Positions 51,735 through 62,668 of a stretch of 64,000 nucleotides of DNA are shown here, one piece after another; position 1 is the first letter of the stretch; the number at the start of each line of letters is the position of its first letter. The position numbers were made by a program, and so were the translations under genes. The stretch lies in NCBI GenBank assembly GCA_903884815.1, contig CAISGE010000023.1, forward strand, positions 252 to 64,251, given 5' to 3'. Source of the DNA: Candidatus Omnitrophota bacterium (GTDB taxonomy: Bacteria > Omnitrophota > Omnitrophia > Omnitrophales > Aquincolibacteriaceae). The notes beneath the pieces were generated by a model that made no database searches, was not told where the DNA came from, and saw only the letters and a program-made list of their open reading frames with translations.

Positions 51735-52955
51735 TTAGGAAACAATGGCATCCATACTGAAGACTGGCAAAAGGATCGCGATCGCCACAAGACCCAAGGC
51801 CACTCCGATCACCAGGATCGTGAGAGGCTCGATGAGATGGGTCATGGACTGGGTATGATCCTCCACCTCCTGTTCATACCAATCTGCGATATCGCCGAAA
51901 GACTGCTCCAGGCGCCCGGTTTGCTCCCCGATCAAAAGGAGATGGATCGCGAAAATCGGAAAAGTCCCGAAACTCTTCAGCGACTCGCTGAGGCTCGCCC
52001 CCTGCTCCACCCGCTGCTCCGCCTGTGTGAGATCCTCTTTCATGGCCTCGTTGGAAACCGCGGGAATCCCGGTGCGGAGCGCTTTCAAAAGGGGAACGCC
52101 CCCTTTGATGAGAATTTCCATGGACCGGGCAAACAGCGCGAACTGCGCCATAAAAAGAATTTTCCCGATGCCTGGCAGCTTCATTTTCATACGATCCCAA
52201 TGAAGACGGTTCTCCGGGGCTTCAAGGCGCTTACGAAGCCATATCGCGAGTACCGCCGCCACTCCCAAAATCATTAGACCATAGTGCTGAAAAAATCCGC
52301 TCACGCCGATAAGCAACCGGGTTAAAAGAGGAAGCATTTGTCCGAGATCAGAAAAAAGTTTTGCAAATTTCGGGACCACATAGGTCAGAAGAAAAAAAAG
52401 TGCGGCGCTGCCGAGCAGAACAATAAATGCGGGATAGGTCAGCGCATTTCGAACCTTCCGGATGGTCGCCGACTGCTTTTCGGAACACTCGGCAAGACGC
52501 TGGAACGCATCATCGAGATGTCCCGTATGCTCCCCCAATTCGATCATTGCGACCGCAAAGGATCCGAAAGTTTTTGGATATCCGGCCATCGCCATGGAGA
52601 GAGGATTTCCCTGACGGACCTGTTCCTTTAAGGCCTCGAGGACGGGCTGAAGCCGCGGATTATGGGATTGTTCTGCCACAAGCACCAAGGCGGGAAGGAG
52701 TGGAACGCCGGATCTCAGAAGGCGTCCAAATTGTCTGTAAAAAACGGCAACGGCATGTCCCTCCCCCTTAAAGGAGGAGACCGCCATCTCCCCAAAGACA
52801 TGATTTTGTTTCCCCTCAGAATCCTCCTCGATCAACTCGACCGGGATAAGTCCCATCTCGTTGATCTTTTCGATCGCTTCATCCTTCGTTTCCGCAGAGA
52901 GGAGCCCCTTGACAAGTTCCAACCCCTTTTTGGCCTGATATCTAAACTGCCTCAT
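51735..52955 (-). CDS. gspF: T2SS platform protein F
   Basis: LLRSGVPLL, GEHTGHL, ALTYP, GEQTGRL, LIEP, AILLPVF. Confidence 0.93.
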   Translation of the reverse strand: MRQFRYQAKKGLELVKGLLSAETKDEAIEKINEMGLIPVELIEEDSEGKQNHVFGEMAVSSFKGEGHAVAVFYRQFGRLLRSGVPLLPALVLVAEQSHNPRLQPVLEALKEQVRQGNPLSMAMAGYPKTFGSFAVAMIELGEHTGHLDDAFQRLAECSEKQSATIRKVRNALTYPAFIVLLGSAALFFLLTYVVPKFAKLFSDLGQMLPLLTRLLIGVSGFFQHYGLMILGVAAVLAIWLRKRLEAPENRLHWDRMKMKLPGIGKILFMAQFALFARSMEILIKGGVPLLKALRTGIPAVSNEAMKEDLTQAEQRVEQGASLSESLKSFGTFPIFAIHLLLIGEQTGRLEQSFGDIADWYEQEVEDHTQSMTHLIEPLTILVIGVALGLVAIAILLPVFSMDAIVS

Positions 52956-53599
52956 GGTTTTCCAAAGCTCGTTTCAAAAAAGGCGGTCAGCAATTTTCTG
53001 TTCTCCGCATTCATCGGAAGAAAGATCGCTCCGACGAGAACCGACCGCTCCCCTCCCTGCACAGCTGCCTCCGCAGAATAGACCACACGAATGATCTGGA
53101 CCTTGGCGATAAAGTCTTCCGGACCTTTGCCACCCGTCAAAACCGTTTTGATCTCAAGGATGCTCCCCGGCTCAAGAACATCCGCCAGTGAAAAATCGCC
53201 CCACTCTTTTTTGAAATCCTCAAAAGACCTCTGCGGATCAGCAACCGAAAAACAGACCCCCCCCGGGCTGAAATCTTTCTCGTGTCCCTGAAACTCGAGT
53301 TTTAACAAAGGACCTATTAAGGGAAGAAGGAGACGCGAGCTCCCCCCATATTCAACGACATGGAACGCCAAGGGAGAATTGGAAGCAATACGGCGACACT
53401 GCCGTCCCTTTTTAAAACGGACGAGCAACATTTCACCCAGGTTTTCTTTTTGACGTTGATTCATCATTACTTCGGTCATTTCGGTCATGGAAAAACCCAT
53501 ACCACTGATACTTTCAGCGGCATCCTCCTCCGTCTCGGAAAAAAGTATCCCTTTAATAAGATCCGATCCCTTCTTGGCCTGGTATCTGAATTGTTTCAT
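52952..53599 (-). CDS. Chimeric protein: GspF-like N-terminus plus degenerate PilZ domain
   Basis: MKQFRYQAKKG matches the gspF start; DFSPGGVCFSV.DP matches DLSAGGIYFSV.DP of the upstream ATPase. Confidence 0.75.
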   Translation of the reverse strand: MKQFRYQAKKGSDLIKGILFSETEEDAAESISGMGFSMTEMTEVMMNQRQKENLGEMLLVRFKKGRQCRRIASNSPLAFHVVEYGGSSRLLLPLIGPLLKLEFQGHEKDFSPGGVCFSVADPQRSFEDFKKEWGDFSLADVLEPGSILEIKTVLTGGKGPEDFIAKVQIIRVVYSAEAAVQGGERSVLVGAIFLPMNAENRKLLTAFFETSFGKP

Positions 53600-55908
53600 G
53601 GGGTTGGCTCCTTATTCGCTTCACAGAATTTCACTAAACGGTGTCTGTCTTCACTATGAATGGCGAGAAAGGAAGCACCGACGCGCCGAGGTTCTGCGCT
53701 TCCCGGGGCTACGGGGGGATGGGTCACTCTAAGTATTTTGACCATCGCCATACATTCCACGGGCTTTCCTCCATCTCGAATCAGGATCTTGAGATCCAGA
53801 ATGGTCCCGGATTCAAAGGTTTTCCCAAACGCGTAGGCCCCGGCATCACCCCCCGTCTGTTTTTCAGCAATCTTCGGATCATCAACTGAAAAATAAATCC
53901 CTCCGGCGCTAAGATCCCGGGCATGACCTTGGAACTCAAAGGCGGCGAGCTTTGCCTTTGCCGGAGAACTCAGCGGCATGATCCCTTTATACTCAATGAT
54001 CCTGAAGGTCACGGGGACATCGCAAGCCACCCGCTGAAACTTTCTTAAATTCGTAAATTGGAAACCCTGCGTTTTCTGGGAGGGCGGCGTCCCGGCGGCA
54101 AGGGCCGGGGGAATCCTTGACACACCCTGTGTCCCCGCGTCACGAACGGAACCTTCGGAGAGCTCGCCTCCCGGGTTTTCCTCTAGTAACTCAAGCCTGT
54201 CTTCCTCCGTCGTCTCCAGAACTTCTTCGGGGGTCGTCACACCCGCAAGAACCTTCTCCCAGCCGCTAAAACGAAGCGAGGTCATCCCCTGTCGGGTGGC
54301 CGCAAGTTTGATCGTCTCAGCCGTCATTCTTTCCATGATGAGTTTCCGGATCTCCTCGGTCAGAGGCAGAAATTCATGGATCGCGATCCTCCCGCGAAAT
54401 CCGGTCTGATTGCATTCCTCACAACCAACCCCTCGAAAAACACGGATGTCTCCTTGAGGGATCCCGTATTCACTCTCGATCAACTTCTTGATCTCCGGAG
54501 AAACTTGCATATCCTCCGCTTTACAGTGAGGACAAATAACGCGTATCAAACGCTGCGCGATAAATGCCACAACACTCGACGCGATCAGATAGGGCTCCAC
54601 CCCGATATCGAGAAGGCGCGTGACACCGCTCGCGGCATCGTTCGTATGCAACGTGGAGAGGATCAGATGACCCGTCAGCGCGGCACGAATAGCGATATCC
54701 GCCGTTTCCAGGTCCCGGACCTCGCCCACCATCATCACATCGGGATCCTGGCGGAGCATACTGCGGAGACCGTTGGCAAAGGTCAATCCGATCTCGGGCG
54801 CGACATGAATCTGGCTGATGCCTTCCAACTCATATTCCACGGGATCCTCGATCGTGATGATCTTCCGCCCCGGGATATTCAACCTGTTGAGCGCCGCATA
54901 AAGGGTGGTGCTCTTCCCGCTTCCCGTCGGCCCCGTCGCAAAAATGATCCCGTTATTCCGCCCCAGTAGCTCTTCAAGAAGCTTCTGATGTCTTGGCTCA
55001 AAGCCCAGCTCTTCCAGCTTGAAGATATTCTTTCCGGGCAGAATGCGAATGACGACGCTCTCGCCGCTTGCGGTAGGAATAAAAGACACCCGGAGATCCA
55101 AGGTCTCGTCCAAGGTTTTGACCCTGAGCTTCCCATCCTGCGGCAATCGTTTTTCGGCAACATTCAGATTCGCCATGATCTTGATGCGGGAGAGCATCGG
55201 CGCGAAAAAATCTTTCAACTCCCGAGGGACGGGAGCCTCCTGCAAAAGACCATCCACTCTATAGCGCAGCCGGATGCCCGAAGGCAAAGGCTCCAGATGG
55301 ATATCGCTAGCCCTCCGTTTATAGGCATCCAGAATGATCTGGTTAACCACATGAGCCACGGAGGGAGCCGCAGCGAGCTTTTCGATATCCTCAACCTCTT
55401 GAGCTGTGGAGACTGCCACATGGCGGTCTTGCGCCGGGGTTTCGGAAAGGATTCTCTCGACGGTATCGGCCGCCAGTCCGTAATAGCGCTGCAGCATTTC
55501 CGCGATCTCGTGCTCTGAAGCAAAGCACACTTCAATGTCAAAACCCAATGCAAAACGAACCTCGTCAAGCGTATGGATATCCAGAACCCGGGAGCTTGCG
55601 ATAAGGAGCTTCCCGCCCTCCAGGCGGACGGGGAAAAACTTGTAATACGAGGCGAACTTTACCGGCACCCGTTTAAAAATAGAGATATCGGGCGTCGTCT
55701 TTTTTAAACTTATAACCGGACAACCGGTCTCTTTAGAGAAGATCTCCAAAAGAGCATCCTCCTTGAGAAGCCCGGCCTCAAGAACAAGATGCAAAAAGGG
55801 TTGCCCGGAGTGCTCCGCTTTTTTAAAGATCTCCTCAATCTTCCCCTTGGGCAAGACCCCCGAGTTTAAGAGGATCTTGTAGGAAGCCCTGTCCGGAGCG
55901 ATTTTCAT
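53596..55908 (-). CDS. gspE: GspE/PilB ATPase with C-terminal PilZ domain
   Basis: GPTGSGKST, LRQDPDVMMVGEVRD, CPHC..CEEC; tail has RKFQR and DLSAGG. Confidence 0.92.
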   Translation of the reverse strand: MKIAPDRASYKILLNSGVLPKGKIEEIFKKAEHSGQPFLHLVLEAGLLKEDALLEIFSKETGCPVISLKKTTPDISIFKRVPVKFASYYKFFPVRLEGGKLLIASSRVLDIHTLDEVRFALGFDIEVCFASEHEIAEMLQRYYGLAADTVERILSETPAQDRHVAVSTAQEVEDIEKLAAAPSVAHVVNQIILDAYKRRASDIHLEPLPSGIRLRYRVDGLLQEAPVPRELKDFFAPMLSRIKIMANLNVAEKRLPQDGKLRVKTLDETLDLRVSFIPTASGESVVIRILPGKNIFKLEELGFEPRHQKLLEELLGRNNGIIFATGPTGSGKSTTLYAALNRLNIPGRKIITIEDPVEYELEGISQIHVAPEIGLTFANGLRSMLRQDPDVMMVGEVRDLETADIAIRAALTGHLILSTLHTNDAASGVTRLLDIGVEPYLIASSVVAFIAQRLIRVICPHCKAEDMQVSPEIKKLIESEYGIPQGDIRVFRGVGCEECNQTGFRGRIAIHEFLPLTEEIRKLIMERMTAETIKLAATRQGMTSLRFSGWEKVLAGVTTPEEVLETTEEDRLELLEENPGGELSEGSVRDAGTQGVSRIPPALAAGTPPSQKTQGFQFTNLRKFQRVACDVPVTFRIIEYKGIMPLSSPAKAKLAAFEFQGHARDLSAGGIYFSVDDPKIAEKQTGGDAGAYAFGKTFESGTILDLKILIRDGGKPVECMAMVKILRVTHPPVAPGSAEPRRVGASFLAIHSEDRHRLVKFCEANKEPTP

Positions 55909-55917
55909 GGGAATCTG

Positions 55918-58286
<2,369 letters not shown>

Positions 58287-58307
58287 AGAGCCTCTTCTTT
58301 TTAAACT

Positions 58308-59045
58308 TCAGCTGTTCGACAACTTCTCTTTAACCAGGCTTGTGGCTTCCACGATGGCATTCGCGAAGCTTCCATTCAGCACCAGCGTCCCGACCTGCAC
58401 GGCCACTCCCGCCACCAATTTTTCATCCACAACCTCTTCCACCTGAAGGTCCGGCGCACCAATTCTATCGGCAAGCACTTGGCGCAACATTTCTTTTTCT
58501 TCCTTCTTAAGAACCAGTGCGGTCCGGATCGTGGGATGTTGCCCCTTGAGATCCATGGAGCCCAGGTCGGATTGCTTCGCCTGCTCCACAAAATTCAGGA
58601 TAAACTGCTCGTGGATCATCCTCTTGAGTTTTTCATCATAAACATCCTTTAAAACATCCGCTGTAAAATCCACGATCTTTTTGCTGGCCGCAATTTCCAT
58701 CTCTTTGGCGAATTGCGCGCGAGATCCATGGGCCTTGGCCAGAATATCTTCGGCCTCCGCGCGTGCTTTTTTAAGGATCTCATCCTCTTTCTTGTGAACT
58801 TCTTCCATGGCCTGGCTGGCGAGCTTTTCCGCGATCGCAGATGACTCTTCCTTCTTGGCCTGGTACTCCTTTTCCGCCGTTTCGAGTTTCTCGGTAAGAT
58901 CCTTTTGCTTCTTCACCAGATCCTCATAAACAATCCCCAGCCTTTTGACCGCGCTCTCGGTATCACCTGAGAGGATTTTTTTCAGAAAATACACCACCGC
59001 AGAAAAAACAATGACCTGAAGGACAATAAATTGAAGCGTCAGCAT
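58308..59045 (-). CDS. F0 b-like subunit with a delta-like C-terminal domain
   Basis: N-terminal TM (QVIVFSAVVYFLKKIL), long coiled coil, VDEKLVAGVAVQVG..VLNGS resembling the delta C-terminus. Confidence 0.75.
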   Translation of the reverse strand: MLTLQFIVLQVIVFSAVVYFLKKILSGDTESAVKRLGIVYEDLVKKQKDLTEKLETAEKEYQAKKEESSAIAEKLASQAMEEVHKKEDEILKKARAEAEDILAKAHGSRAQFAKEMEIAASKKIVDFTADVLKDVYDEKLKRMIHEQFILNFVEQAKQSDLGSMDLKGQHPTIRTALVLKKEEKEMLRQVLADRIGAPDLQVEEVVDEKLVAGVAVQVGTLVLNGSFANAIVEATSLVKEKLSNS

Positions 59046-59060
59046 ACAAAGTTCCTCTCT

Positions 59061-59282
59061 TTAAAGAGCTTTTGGCGAAAAGATCTGAAAGACCACCAGA
59101 AGTGAAATGATCGATGCCGCCTCCGCGAAAAGCAGCATCAAAATAACGCCCAGGTAGATCTTCGGAGCCGCGGAAGGATTCCTCCCCAGGGCCTGGATCG
59201 TTGCGGCGCCCACAACGGCGATTACAATGGAAGGTCCGATAACGGCGATGAACATCACGGCGATCACGATAAAATTTTGCAT
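59061..59282 (-). CDS. atpE: Divergent F0 c subunit
   Basis: 73-aa helical hairpin, loop LGRNPSA, helix-2 carboxylate FAEA. Confidence 0.82.
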   Translation of the reverse strand: MQNFIVIAVMFIAVIGPSIVIAVVGAATIQALGRNPSAAPKIYLGVILMLLFAEAASIISLLVVFQIFSPKAL

Positions 59283-59376
59283 AGACTATAATCCTTTCTT
59301 CGAACGCTGTTCCCTTTTCAATTCCACGGGTAACAATACCGTGTCACATTCCTCTAATTTCAAAGTCAATGAGGCA

Positions 59377-59655
59377 CTAAATATCCCAGAGCTGCTTGTA
59401 GTTTTTATAACTCGGATCAACCTCAGCGATAATGCGACATTGATTATTCCTAAAACTCAAAACCCCGACTTTGATCGGAATACTTTCATGATCCGCAATC
59501 TTCAGCTCCCCTTCCGGGATAGAAGACACAAGGGGATGATGAAAGGCCAAGAGCTCGAACTCCCCATCATCGCCTGTCAAATAGACCGATTCAACAAGAT
59601 CATCAAAGGCAAGTCCCTTCAGGCTCAACACTTGCAGATTGAATCTTGGCTTCAT
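59377..59655 (-). CDS. atpC: Short F1 epsilon-like subunit (beta-sandwich only)
   Basis: V.LTGDDGEFELLAFHHPLVS resembles canonical V..PG..GE.GIL..H.P; 92 aa. Confidence 0.75.
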   Translation of the reverse strand: MKPRFNLQVLSLKGLAFDDLVESVYLTGDDGEFELLAFHHPLVSSIPEGELKIADHESIPIKVGVLSFRNNQCRIIAEVDPSYKNYKQLWDI

Positions 59656-59664
59656 AATCCCCCT

Positions 59665-61161
59665 TTAGGCCACTTCAACAGCCGATTCCGCCTCTGCAGT
59701 CAAGAATTTCTTCTTGATGACTGCCACGTAATCCTCCAAAACGCGTTTCATCCTGCTCTTGATCTCATCCGTGAGAGCTTTCTTATCGCGAATAAGGGCA
59801 AAGAGCGGTGTATCTGCCTTCCGTGCGAAAGCCTCAAAGCCCGCGATGAACTCCTGCACGTGGGGAACTTCCAAGTCTTTAAACAAATTTTCAGCCTTGG
59901 CATAAAAGAGCATGATCTGTATCTCGATCGTTACGGGTTTATTCGCCGGCTGAGTGAGCAGCGCCTGAAGGATTTTGCCCGAGCGGAGACTTTCACGCGT
60001 CTCCTCCGACGCGCCCGAGGCCTGCAACTTACTCGCACGCAAAAGCTCCTTAAATTGAATAAATTCCATACGTAATGTTTTAGAAATCTCCTTCGTCGCT
60101 TTCCATTGCACTTTGCTTCCGACGCGTGAAACCGAAAGACCGATATCGACGGCAGGACGGAAGCCTTCATTAAAGAGAGAACCGTTCAAAAAAAGCTGCC
60201 CGTCGGTCATGGAAACAAGATTGGTGGGGACGAAAGCTGTGAGATCCCCCTCTTGAAGTTCCACCACGGGAATAAAGGTCATGGAACCGCTACCGTGCTT
60301 TGCATCAAGCTGTGCGGCCCGCTCGATCATGCGCGAGTGCAGATAAAAAATATCCCCGGGGTAAGAATCGCGTCCCGGCGGCACGCCCATCAGAAGGGAG
60401 AGTTCGCGATAGGCCCAGGCATGTTTCGTGAAATCATCGAAGAAAACAAAGACATCTTTACCGCGGTCCCTGAAATATTCCCCGATCGAGCATGCCGCAT
60501 AAGGCGCCAGATATTGCTGACCCGGCGAGCTTGAGGCCGGCGCGCAGAGGATAGTGGTATACTCGAAACATCCGTGCTCTTTAAAAAGAGAAACGACTTT
60601 TCCCATCGAGGAGGCCGTCTTTCCAATCGCACAATAAATACAGAAAACATCTTTTCCTTTTTGGTTGAGAATAATATCCGTACCGACAGTGGTTTTTCCG
60701 GTCATTTTATCACCCAGGATCAAAGACCGCTGCCCCTTGCCGAGAGGGAGCATCGAATCGATCAGCTTCACGCCGGTTTCAAAGGAGCGACTTAATGTAG
60801 CGCGATCCATAATTGCCGGGGCATCATTAAAATAAGGGATGTATTCTTCCAGTTTGAGGGTCCCCAACCCATCCATCGACTCCCCGAGAGGGTTCATGAT
60901 CCTGCCCACGGAGGCTGGCCCTACCGGCATGCTGAAGGGCTCCAGTGTCGCGATCGCCGGATTACCCGGCGACAAGGGCTCATTCTCTTTGATGATCAAT
61001 ATTTGGGCCGCATTCAAGTCACACCCCATGAGCACACCCTGAGTCCCATACCCAAACTGAACCAATTGCCCTAGGAAACAGTTCTGGAGCCCCGTAACCT
61101 GGACGATGCAACCGCTCACAGATTTGATGATTCCAGTTTCCTTAAACCGTAATTCTTCCAT
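59665..61161 (-). CDS. atpA: Divergent F1 ATPase alpha subunit
   Basis: GKGQRSLILGDKMTGKT, DDFTKHA, PPGRDSYPGDIFYLHSR, TDGQ, SVSRVG. Confidence 0.94.
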   Translation of the reverse strand: MEELRFKETGIIKSVSGCIVQVTGLQNCFLGQLVQFGYGTQGVLMGCDLNAAQILIIKENEPLSPGNPAIATLEPFSMPVGPASVGRIMNPLGESMDGLGTLKLEEYIPYFNDAPAIMDRATLSRSFETGVKLIDSMLPLGKGQRSLILGDKMTGKTTVGTDIILNQKGKDVFCIYCAIGKTASSMGKVVSLFKEHGCFEYTTILCAPASSSPGQQYLAPYAACSIGEYFRDRGKDVFVFFDDFTKHAWAYRELSLLMGVPPGRDSYPGDIFYLHSRMIERAAQLDAKHGSGSMTFIPVVELQEGDLTAFVPTNLVSMTDGQLFLNGSLFNEGFRPAVDIGLSVSRVGSKVQWKATKEISKTLRMEFIQFKELLRASKLQASGASEETRESLRSGKILQALLTQPANKPVTIEIQIMLFYAKAENLFKDLEVPHVQEFIAGFEAFARKADTPLFALIRDKKALTDEIKSRMKRVLEDYVAVIKKKFLTAEAESAVEVA

Positions 61162-61182
61162 AATCGATAATTCCCTTTATGA

Positions 61183-62601
61183 TTACTTTTTCTCTGCCGG
61201 AGGTTCCGCCGGAGGAGGCGGAGCCTGAGAATCGCTCCCTTTCACTTCTGTAACTCCCTTTTTAGGAGCAAACTTATTTTTCTGTAGTTGTTTTAGCATG
61301 ATCAGGTAAAAAGCCGTCGAAACGACAGCCAGGAAAATAATGATCCCGAAGATGATCCACCAGGTTGCCGCGGTATTGGGCTTGAGCCCCATGGCCATCA
61401 GCACAATATCTTTCATGTCTGCAAGTTTTTTGATGAAATCTTTAATCTTTTCCGCGATCGCCGCATCATCTTTTTTGAGACCGGCTTCCCCAACCATTTG
61501 CTGGAGATTGTGAAGTTTCGCCTTAGCCACATTCATTTGCTGGCTGTTCAGCACAAAAGCTCGCATCCTATCTTCCAAAGCCAGTGAAGACTCAAGCTCG
61601 GCCTGCAACTTTGTGATTCCCGACAAAATCTCAAGGATCTGGCTCCCCTGAGCTTCGCAATATTTCCCGAACGAAGAATCCTTGAGAAGATCCATTAACC
61701 TTTCGGTCTGTTCCTTCATAAACTTGATCTCCTGGTCCGAGACGCGCCAGACATCCTTGACCGTAATCATATATTTTTTGGATTCCTTCGCGGCAAACTG
61801 GTCCTGTTTTTCAAGCGCGTAGGTTTTCTGCGCCGCGTCATAGAGCAGCTCAAAATCGAGTTTGTCGATCACATCGTCAGCCGCAATCTCCTTGGGCAAC
61901 AGTGAGCGCACCGTCATCGCTTTCGGCTCAGAAGAGGGATTCTCAGCGGTGATCAGAAACCGGGCCTGGGGGATACCTGCTTTCTTTTCATCTTCGAGCT
62001 TGCGCATTGCCGCGAGCGACAGAGCGTTTGACTGGATTTCCTGAAGCTGAAGCACGTGGGCACGATAGAGCTCAATATGCTGCTTAATGCCAACCGGTTT
62101 ACTTTGCTCTTCAAGAATGCGGTCAATCCCCCCCTGAGCTTTTTCGTAAAGCAGCTGCGCCGTGTCCAAGTATTTCGTACCTTTCAGCCCGTTGATCTGC
62201 GCTTCAAGGTCCTTTTTGATGGCATCGACCTGCTCGGGCATGACCTGCCAGACATCCCGCACACGGACCTCAAAGGTGCGAGTTTCGCGTGGTTTGAGTT
62301 CCACTTCTCCCGTAAGCATAAAGGCCTTGTTATCCGGATCAAAACGGACTTCGAGCCCAGCCTTATCGATGATATCTTTGGCAGGATCCACTTCTCCGGG
62401 TAAAGGCTGAGAAATCACCGTCTTGAGAGACTGACTTTCAGAGGGATTGACGGCGAGAATTTTGAACTTCACATCCGAGGCGGCATGCAGCGGACAAGGC
62501 AGGGAAAGCCCCAAGGCCCCAAGAATTAAAACAAAGTTGATAATTCGTCGCATGCGCGCTCGCGATCCTTGATGTTGGGTTCCACAAATAACAGAAGTCA
62601 T
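61183..62601 (-). CDS. Hypothetical exported protein with two internal repeats and a C-terminal TM anchor (likely start 62553)
   Basis: Signal peptide MRRIINFVLIL..; TM TWWIIFGIIIFLAVVSTAFYLIML; Lys/Pro-rich tail; 21 bp from atpA. Confidence 0.8.
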   Translation of the reverse strand: MTSVICGTQHQGSRARMRRIINFVLILGALGLSLPCPLHAASDVKFKILAVNPSESQSLKTVISQPLPGEVDPAKDIIDKAGLEVRFDPDNKAFMLTGEVELKPRETRTFEVRVRDVWQVMPEQVDAIKKDLEAQINGLKGTKYLDTAQLLYEKAQGGIDRILEEQSKPVGIKQHIELYRAHVLQLQEIQSNALSLAAMRKLEDEKKAGIPQARFLITAENPSSEPKAMTVRSLLPKEIAADDVIDKLDFELLYDAAQKTYALEKQDQFAAKESKKYMITVKDVWRVSDQEIKFMKEQTERLMDLLKDSSFGKYCEAQGSQILEILSGITKLQAELESSLALEDRMRAFVLNSQQMNVAKAKLHNLQQMVGEAGLKKDDAAIAEKIKDFIKKLADMKDIVLMAMGLKPNTAATWWIIFGIIIFLAVVSTAFYLIMLKQLQKNKFAPKKGVTEVKGSDSQAPPPPAEPPAEKK

Positions 62602-62668
62602 GGGTTATTTAACGGCAACTCATGCAGCGACCCTAAGACACACTATTCAGAACACTGGTTTTTTTCGT

